Positions 18,907 to 24,541 of a stretch of 24,541 bases of DNA are shown here, piece by piece; positions within the stretch are counted from its first letter, which is position 1, and every line of letters starts with the position of its first letter. Source of the stretch: Pseudomonadota bacterium (GTDB lineage: Bacteria > Desulfobacterota > Desulfobacteria > Desulfobacterales > JBDRRP01); contig JBDRRP010000011.1 in NCBI GenBank assembly GCA_043825735.1, positions 62,001 to 86,541 of the forward strand, given 5' to 3'. The translations under genes were made by a program, and so were the position numbers. Under the pieces are notes generated by a model. That model saw only the letters and a program-made list of their open reading frames with translations. It did no database searches and was not told the origin of the DNA.

Positions 18907-19629
18907 ATGACGGCGCAAACCGAACCGTATAGCGTCCAACTGGACGGTCTCTTTGAAGGGCCGATGGATCTGCTCGTCCACCTCATCAAAAAAAACGAGG
19001 TGGACATTTACGATATCCCCATCGCCCTCATCACCGACCAGTATCTGGCCGCCATCGAACTGCTGCAGGCGCTCAACGTAGAGCTGGCCGGCGATTTTCT
19101 AGTAATGGCCGCGACCCTGACCCAGATCAAATCACGGTTGCTGCTGCCGGTCCACGATGAGGAAGATGACGCGGAAGACCCGCGCTCGGAAATTACGCGG
19201 CCGCTGTTGGAATACCTGGAAATGAAGGCGGCCGCAGAAGCTCTGTCCGGTCGCCACCTGCTCGGCGAGAACACCTTTGTCCGCAGCAAGCTAAAACCCG
19301 CCGAGCTGCCCGTCTTCGATGAGGACGAAGTCGTTCACGTGGGGCTTTTTGAGCTCATCGACGCCTTTCAGCGCATTCTGGAGCGCATGGCGCCGGACCA
19401 CCGGGTGGACATGACAACGGAGCGGGTCACGGTGAAAGACCGAATCAACGGGCTCATCGACCTGCTTGAAGAGCGCGGGTCCATTACCTTCGAGGAACTC
19501 TTTCAAGGCGAATTCACCCGCAGCGACGTCATCGTGACCTTTCTGGCCGTTCTCGAGATGGTGAAACTTCAGCTGATCCGGGTGGCCCAGCACATTCAGT
19601 CTGGCATCATCCGGCTCTTTTACCAATAA
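18907..19629 (+). CDS. scpA: Segregation and condensation protein A
   Basis: FEGPMDLLVHLI, DIYDIPIALITDQY, FLVMAATL..IKSRLLLP and VTFLAVLEM. Confidence 0.95.
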   Translation: MTAQTEPYSVQLDGLFEGPMDLLVHLIKKNEVDIYDIPIALITDQYLAAIELLQALNVELAGDFLVMAATLTQIKSRLLLPVHDEEDDAEDPRSEITRPLLEYLEMKAAAEALSGRHLLGENTFVRSKLKPAELPVFDEDEVVHVGLFELIDAFQRILERMAPDHRVDMTTERVTVKDRINGLIDLLEERGSITFEELFQGEFTRSDVIVTFLAVLEMVKLQLIRVAQHIQSGIIRLFYQ

Positions 19630-19642
19630 CGGTAGGAAACCG

Positions 19643-20299
19643 ATGGAAAACCTGAAAGCCGTCATCGAAAGCCTGCTGTTCGTCTCCGAAGAACCGCTCA
19701 CCGTGGAGACGCTGCGCAAACTGCTCGACGATCTGGACCCCGTCGATATCCGGGCGGCGCTGGCGGATCTTGAAGCCGAATACACGGCGCGCCAGGGCGG
19801 ATTTCACCTGAAGGCGGTGGCCGGTGGGTGGCAATTCCGCTCACGGACTGAATTCACGCCGTGGATCCGAAAACTCATCCAGCCCAACGCCCCGCGGCTC
19901 AGCAAAGCCGCCCTGGAAACCCTGGCCATCATCGCCTACAAGCAGCCCGTCATCAGAAGCGATATCGAACAGATTCGCGGCGTGGACTGCGGCGGCGTGA
20001 CCCGCATGCTCCTTGAGCGAAAACTGATCCGCATCCTCGGCCGCAAGGAAATCCCGGGGCGCCCCCTGATTTATGCCACCACCAAACTGTTTTTACAGAT
20101 CTTCGATCTGAAGGATTTGACCGATCTTCCCTCCCCCAAGGAAATCGAGGCCATGGCCCTGGACGCACCGCCCGAAGCCGGAAAGCCGCTGCGCGAAGAT
20201 GACGACGGTTTCTCGGACCTGGGTCAGGAATCGCTTGAAACGCCGGATTCGCCGGAAGATTTGGCCGAGGATGCCGAAACATTCGACGTGCCTGAGTGA
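19643..20299 (+). CDS. scpB: Segregation and condensation protein B
   Basis: IESLLF, LSKAALETLAIIAYKQP, IEQIRGV, PGRPLIYATT and an acidic tail. Confidence 0.96.
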   Translation: MENLKAVIESLLFVSEEPLTVETLRKLLDDLDPVDIRAALADLEAEYTARQGGFHLKAVAGGWQFRSRTEFTPWIRKLIQPNAPRLSKAALETLAIIAYKQPVIRSDIEQIRGVDCGGVTRMLLERKLIRILGRKEIPGRPLIYATTKLFLQIFDLKDLTDLPSPKEIEAMALDAPPEAGKPLREDDDGFSDLGQESLETPDSPEDLAEDAETFDVPE

Positions 20300-20307
20300 A
20301 AAAGTGC

Positions 20308-20336
20308 TTGACGGTAACGCTGACAAACTCTATATA
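20308..20336 (+). promoter_or_regulatory. Putative sigma70 promoter for ihfB
   Basis: TTGACG-N17-TATATA immediately after the scpB stop. Confidence 0.45.
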
Positions 20337-20424
20337 CCTAATATCTAATCGAAATATGGATTAATTGCATTATCGTCAGTTTAAGCGGCAGCCCATATTG
20401 GAGCAATCTCCGCAAGGAGCCCCC

Positions 20425-20700
20425 ATGAACAAATCCGACTTGATCAATGCCGTAAAAGAGCAGGCAGCCCTCAGCCGGAAGGACGCAGAACGCGCGGTGG
20501 ACACGTTTTTCGATACCATCGCCAACACCATCTCCGAAGGGGACCGGGTAGAAATCCGGGGATTCGGCAGTTTCACGGTAAAAAAGTACAAACCTTACGT
20601 CGGCCGAAACCCTAAAACAGGTTCCCAGATCAGCGTACCGCCCAAAAAACTGCCCTTTTTCAAAGTCGGCAAAGAGCTTAAGGAAATCGTCGACGAATAA
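20425..20700 (+). CDS. ihfB: HU/IHF-family DNA-binding protein, IHF-beta-like
   Basis: MNKSDLI start, VEIRGFGSF, GRNPKTG and FKVGKELK (IHF-beta-type signature). SD AAGGAG before ATG 20425. Confidence 0.85.
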   Translation: MNKSDLINAVKEQAALSRKDAERAVDTFFDTIANTISEGDRVEIRGFGSFTVKKYKPYVGRNPKTGSQISVPPKKLPFFKVGKELKEIVDE

Positions 20701-20733
20701 GCCCTGCTGGGCTTTCTCTCCTGCTGCCATAAC

Positions 20734-20779
20734 AACGCCGCATCCCTTCTTACCAAAGGGTTTGCGGCGTTTCGATTTT
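20734..20779 (+). terminator. Probable intrinsic terminator after ihfB
   Basis: aacgccgca-t-ccctt...aaggg-tt-tgcggcgtt stem followed by tcgatttt. Confidence 0.55.
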
Positions 20780-20885
20780 GTCCGGTACCTGTTGCCCCCC
20801 CAAAAAAACGCCCACCCGCAGCGCTCCCGTTTTACAGATCTGATTTCCCCGCTAAAACCTCCGGCAGATTTCGTCCCCCAGTATT

Positions 20886-21018
20886 GATCAAACCGTAAAA
20901 AGTGATTTTGAACCGCAGAGACCGCAGCGGGACACAGAGAATGCGTTTAATAGTTAAAGGTTTATCTCTGCGCTCTCTGCGTCCTCTGTGGTGATTTTGG
21001 ACTTTTTACATGGCCATC
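20886..21018. mobile_element. MITE-like palindromic element, copy 1 (133 bp)
   Basis: Terminal inverted repeats GAT-N6-GTAAAAAGT / ACTTTTTAC-N6-ATC; inner arms 20912-20940 and 20965-20992 (CGCAGAG-type subrepeats); flanked by AGTATT direct repeats. Confidence 0.65.
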
Positions 21019-21024
21019 AGTATT

Positions 21025-21155
21025 GACAAACCCGTAAAAAAGCAATTTTCTCGCTAAGACGCCAAGCGCGCCAAGAAAATATTATTTAATATCAGCATGT
21101 TAACTTTGCGATCTTTGCGGCTTTGCGAGAGATTCCGACTTGTTACCGGTTCATC
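21025..21155. mobile_element. MITE-like palindromic element, copy 2 (131 bp)
   Basis: Ends GAC-N6-GTAAAAAAG / ACTTGTTAC-N6-ATC; inner arms 21049-21075 and 21104-21130 (CGCnAAG / CTTTGCG subrepeats); flanked by AGTATT. Confidence 0.65.
21090..21102 (+). promoter_or_regulatory. IHF binding-site consensus match
   Basis: TATCAG-CATG-TTA is an exact match to WATCAR-N4-TTR, preceded by the A/T tract aaaatattatttaa. Confidence 0.55.
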
Positions 21156-21200
21156 AGTATTGGCCATGCACCGCCCTCCAAACGAAAATCCGGCGCTTTT

Positions 21201-21224
21201 GTAGGGGCGGGTTTACCCCCGCCC
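21201..21224 (+). repeat. GTAG-type REP-like palindrome
   Basis: GTAG followed by the imperfect palindrome gggcgggtttacccccgccc. Confidence 0.55.
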
Positions 21225-21286
21225 GCATCGAAAGCACGAGAACGATTCACCTTTTCCCATCCGGTTTCCGGAAGAGGGCAGCCCCC

Positions 21287-21362
21287 TCCCCTTAATAATT
21301 CCTAATATTCTCTGCGCCCCGCTGCGGTCTCTGCGGTTAAAATCGCTTTTTACGTTTTCACC
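21287..21362 (-). mobile_element. Inverted, truncated half copy of MITE-like copy 1
   Basis: Reverse complement of 21307-21354 matches 20894-20942 with 3 substitutions and 1 indel; the second arm and terminal repeat are missing. Confidence 0.65.
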
Positions 21363-22519
21363 ACCGCTTAAATCTCTTGATTTTTTTTCGCATTTCGCAA
21401 ATACATATGAGCAATCCATATAAAAGACTTGGTGACGGGAATTCTGAAAGCGTTATCGGAACCGGGAGACAGGAGGAGATGACCTGAATGCCAAACTGAA
21501 ACAGGCGCTCGTCAAAAATACGGATCCGCCTGAAGCCATATCGTGGCTGAGGAGGTTAAAACGAACATCCACCGCCCTGCCGATATCGGTCGCCGACTTG
21601 CCGGGCTATCTGATCTATTCCAAAACTTCCGCCACTTCTTCATCCTCTGCCTCCGAATCAGCAAACCGCTTCAATGGTTGGCTCCTGTCACTCCAAAGTC
21701 TCACGACTTTAAAACGCACCGCGTCTATCACCGGCGAGATCTGGGGCGCTTATCATTCTGCAATTGGAAGTGCATCAGGTTGAGTAGAGGAATATGGCAA
21801 ACAGTGCTCGGTCCCTGGTGTAGCCACCTCAGCCGAGGGTTATTAGTCATATTTCTCACATTTTTGATCGAATTGTTGATTGCGTAACAATAATTTTGGA
21901 TCAGTCAGATTGTGTTTCATTAATAGATGATTATTATTGAATACTTGCCATATGAATAGGGGGGCTGCCCACGGCAAATACCTTCCTACCCCTTTACGTT
22001 CGCACAGTTCTCTTTGACCTAAAAATTTACATGCAAGCTCTGAATTCCCCTGTGTCAGGGTAGTTTTCACCTCTTGATGGTTTGATCGTCGCAGGTGAAA
22101 CCCCCCGGAATCTATCACTAAAAAGAGCTTTCAACTGACCGCAACATTCCCATTGCGCGCTACCTTCAGCGGAACGACAAAACTTCAAACGGGCACCATG
22201 AAAGAGAAGATTGATCTATCATTAAGCCAGTGTTCCAAGAAATGGGTATTTTAATACCTGGCGGTGAAACAGCAGGAATCCTTCCAGCCCTTATTTGCAT
22301 AACGATGCTTTCCAATCTGGAAAAAATGCGGACACGCTGCATTGGCAACCGTCGGCAAATGGAGACTAAAAGACCTGTGAAATGAAGACAATACAAGTGG
22401 TCAAATCCTGGTCTGATCTTTGCGTCATGCGTATGAAGGGGCCTTCGAAGCAGGTTTCGCTACATGCAAGTCGCATGAATTGAAGAAAGCGATCCAACAA
22501 CAATCGGGGAGGTAGGGAA

Positions 22520-22828
22520 ATGAGTATCCGCAAAGAGTTTCGGAAAAGCAAACCCGTGTGCAAGGTCACTTTTAACATTCCGGAGACAGTTGGAAATTCT
22601 GCACAGGAAGCGCATGTGGTGGGTGAGTTCAACCACTGGTCACCTTCTGCAACACCCATGAAACGATTGAAAAACGGGTCATTCAGCGCCGCGTTGGAGC
22701 TTGAAAAAGGCCGGTCCTACCAGTTCCGCTATCTTTTAGGTGAATCCCACTGGGAAAACGAGCCAGATGCCGACGACTATCTGCCAACTCCCTTTGGCGA
22801 CAGTCACAATTCAGTAATAAATCTGTAA
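22520..22828 (+). CDS. Stand-alone isoamylase early-set / CBM48 (glycogen-binding-like) domain protein
   Basis: KSKPVCKVTF, VVGEFNHW, MKRLKNGSF, YQFRYL, WENEPDAD and NSVI pattern; SD GGAGG. Confidence 0.85.
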   Translation: MSIRKEFRKSKPVCKVTFNIPETVGNSAQEAHVVGEFNHWSPSATPMKRLKNGSFSAALELEKGRSYQFRYLLGESHWENEPDADDYLPTPFGDSHNSVINL

Positions 22829-22853
22829 CCAGATTAAAAAAGGAGAACTCGCC

Positions 22854-23315
22854 ATGTTTGATTTGTTGCCCTTTAAAAATCGATCCGGCAAGGAAATGAC
22901 TCGTTTCAGAGATGAGATGGATCATCTGTTCAACCGTTTTTTTGACACGGATTTCCCCATTTCCCAACGACTTTTCGGAGACGGGGACTGGGCGCCGCGT
23001 GTTGATGTGAGTGAAGGCAAGAGCGACATCACGGTTAAGGCGGAAATTCCGGGGTGCGACGCCAAAGATATCGATGTAAAGCTGGATGGGCGTTCCTTGA
23101 CGATCAGTGGTGAAAAAAAGCAGGAGAAGGAAGAGAAGGGTGAAAATTTTCACCGCCTGGAGAGAACGTACGGCAGTTTCTGTCGCATGGTGACGCTACC
23201 TGCGGAAGTCAAGCCCGAAGACATCGATGCTACTTACAAAAAAGGAGTGTTGAAACTGGTATTTAAGAAGATGCGGGAAAGCGAGGCCAAAAAAATAACC
23301 ATCAAAACCAGCTGA
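22854..23315 (+). CDS. Hsp20/alpha-crystallin small heat-shock protein
   Basis: WAPRVDVSE, AEIPG, LTISGEKK, ERTYGSFCR and ATYKKGVLKL, with a C-terminal I-x-I motif (KKITIK); SD AAGGAG. Confidence 0.95.
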   Translation: MFDLLPFKNRSGKEMTRFRDEMDHLFNRFFDTDFPISQRLFGDGDWAPRVDVSEGKSDITVKAEIPGCDAKDIDVKLDGRSLTISGEKKQEKEEKGENFHRLERTYGSFCRMVTLPAEVKPEDIDATYKKGVLKLVFKKMRESEAKKITIKTS

Positions 23316-23435
23316 CCCGTTTGCAACTGGCTGCTTAACAATACTATCCAAAAAGTTCTTACCCCTTGGCGGGGGGAGGAACATCCTGCACTGATTCAAG
23401 CCGCTGGATCATACATTCAACCCCAAGGTGAAAAG

Positions 23436-23777
23436 ATGGAAGATACGGCGGAAAGAGTAGTTTTATCGAGGGCTGCGCCGCGCAATTCCATTGAAGCAGC
23501 CATCACATGCCGGCAACTTTGCACTGCCGGTGATGGGTGCGCTGCAGATGGCGTCATGCGCAATTTTTCAAGCCTTGGCTCCTATATCGAAGCGGCCGAT
23601 AAATATCATTCTGGAACCATTCTCATGGTTCGGACGCTCAGCTATCCGGCCATGTCGTCATACATGACCGGAGAAGCGTGGCCTCGGTCCTTCTGCCTTG
23701 CAGAAGTCAAATGGTGGCAGGAAGTGGCTGACGAAAAAGCCACCCGATTTGGTATGGGGCTGCGATATCTCGAATAG
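23436..23777 (+). CDS. Stand-alone PilZ-domain protein (putative c-di-GMP receptor)
   Basis: RxxxR (RAAPR) and [D/N]xSxxG (NFSSLG) motifs, plus C-terminal AEVKW...FGMGLRY strands typical of PilZ. Confidence 0.75.
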   Translation: MEDTAERVVLSRAAPRNSIEAAITCRQLCTAGDGCAADGVMRNFSSLGSYIEAADKYHSGTILMVRTLSYPAMSSYMTGEAWPRSFCLAEVKWWQEVADEKATRFGMGLRYLE

Positions 23778-24025
23778 GCAAGGCGCCAATAAGAGCAACC
23801 GTAAAACTTACACTTGGAATGGATGGGTGAATCATGGCATCACTCCATCACGTTCCCAGAATTCAGATTGTTACGCCGGAAGTGGCGTTCGTACCGCAGG
23901 GCATGGGGCCCGGGTCACAGTCCATTTTTGCAAGGGCTGGTGTCCTTGGTGATATCTGCGCTGCCGGTGCAAGATGAGGGCTTCGTAAATACCTGCAAAT
24001 CCTCCACTGAGGAAAGTAACTGTCC

Positions 24026-24283
24026 ATGAAATGTAATGTTGGCAGGACTGAACGGATTGTCCGCATCGGCGCCGCGTTGGTGTGTGCAGCGCTGGGGGCT
24101 GGATGGTGGAGAGGCTTTTATGTGGCGAGCGCCATTTTATTATTTACCGCCGTCATCGCCTGGTGCCCCATCACCGCCGTGTTGGGCATCTCCACCTGCA
24201 AGGAAGTTGAGCAGGAAGAGATACCGGCCAATACCGCAGGCACCGATAAAGATCAGTTGACCCGGGAGCGCCGGCTCAAATGA
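24026..24283 (+). CDS. DUF2892 / YgaP-like small membrane protein
   Basis: MKCNVGRTERIVRI start, two hydrophobic segments and WCP...LGISTC motif; SD GAGG. Confidence 0.85.
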   Translation: MKCNVGRTERIVRIGAALVCAALGAGWWRGFYVASAILLFTAVIAWCPITAVLGISTCKEVEQEEIPANTAGTDKDQLTRERRLK

Positions 24284-24541
24284 AAGCAGAGGCAAGAACT
24301 GTCGATTAAACTTTCATCGACTGTTTAGGCCACGGCAATAGAAAAGGTCGGCCGGCCAAGCCGGTTATCGTTAGCCCATTTGAATGTTGCGCAAACCGAA
24401 ACCATCTAAAATACCGCCTTTTCCGACAATCATTCCTCGATAATGACCGGTTCAAATCTGGCTGCACACCACGCGGACAACGCCTATGAAAATACAGTAT
24501 TCCGATTACCGGCCGTACCAAGTAATACCATTGCCATTCCT

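Noticed and set aside
20347..20383. Possible autoregulatory IHF sites in the ihfB leader
   Set aside because: Best matches (AATCGAAATATGG, TATCGTCAGTTTA) each have two mismatches in AT-rich DNA, which is too weak to call.
20880..21161. Possible CRISPR array or integron attC array
   Set aside because: The shared junction is only 6-8 bp with ~130-bp palindromic units. There are no cas or intI genes and no RYYYAAC/GTTRRRY pattern.
22410..22470. CTTTGCGTC resembling a c-di-GMP-I (GEMM) riboswitch core on the minus strand
   Set aside because: No matching GGCAAA/GAAA P2 elements, and the orientation is opposite to the adjacent genes.
22028..22470. 10-bp direct repeat TACATGCAAG at 22028 and 22461
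   Set aside because: No inverted ends or transposase remnant between the copies; compatible with chance.
23698..24066. Short ORFs between the PilZ and DUF2892 genes
   Set aside because: No recognisable motif or convincing SD, and they overlap each other in conflicting frames.
24306..24541. Minus-strand frame open to the right edge (EWQWYYLVRPVIGILYF...)
   Set aside because: It could be the tail of a gene outside the window, but nothing in it is recognisable.

Overview
Mostly a conserved housekeeping region of a GC-rich diderm bacterium. Gene order and protein style suggest a deltaproteobacterium (Desulfobacterales-like); this is inference. Minus strand, right to left: pilC-pilS, then lysS-lolC/E-lolD-bamA-skp(ompH)-lpxD-fabZ-lpxA-lpxI, an HddA-like GHMP sugar kinase, and an NAD-dependent epimerase that is cut by the left edge and missing from the ORF track. 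Plus strand: a DHH/CBS-fused tRNA nucleotidyltransferase, trpS, scpA, scpB and ihfB/HU. After ~20.8 kb the DNA is visibly more AT-rich and accessory. It holds two ~130-bp palindromic MITE-like elements in tandem, bounded by three copies of AGTATT and carrying IHF-like sites in their loops, an inverted half copy, a GTAG-type REP palindrome and ~1.1 kb with no recognisable gene. A run of small genes follows (CBM48/early-set, Hsp20, PilZ, DUF2892). I found no clearly new multi-gene system. The best leads are the IHF-site palindromic cassette array beside ihfB, a 6-codon uORF coupled to the tRNA nucleotidyltransferase, and an Asp at the LysRS substrate-site Tyr position.
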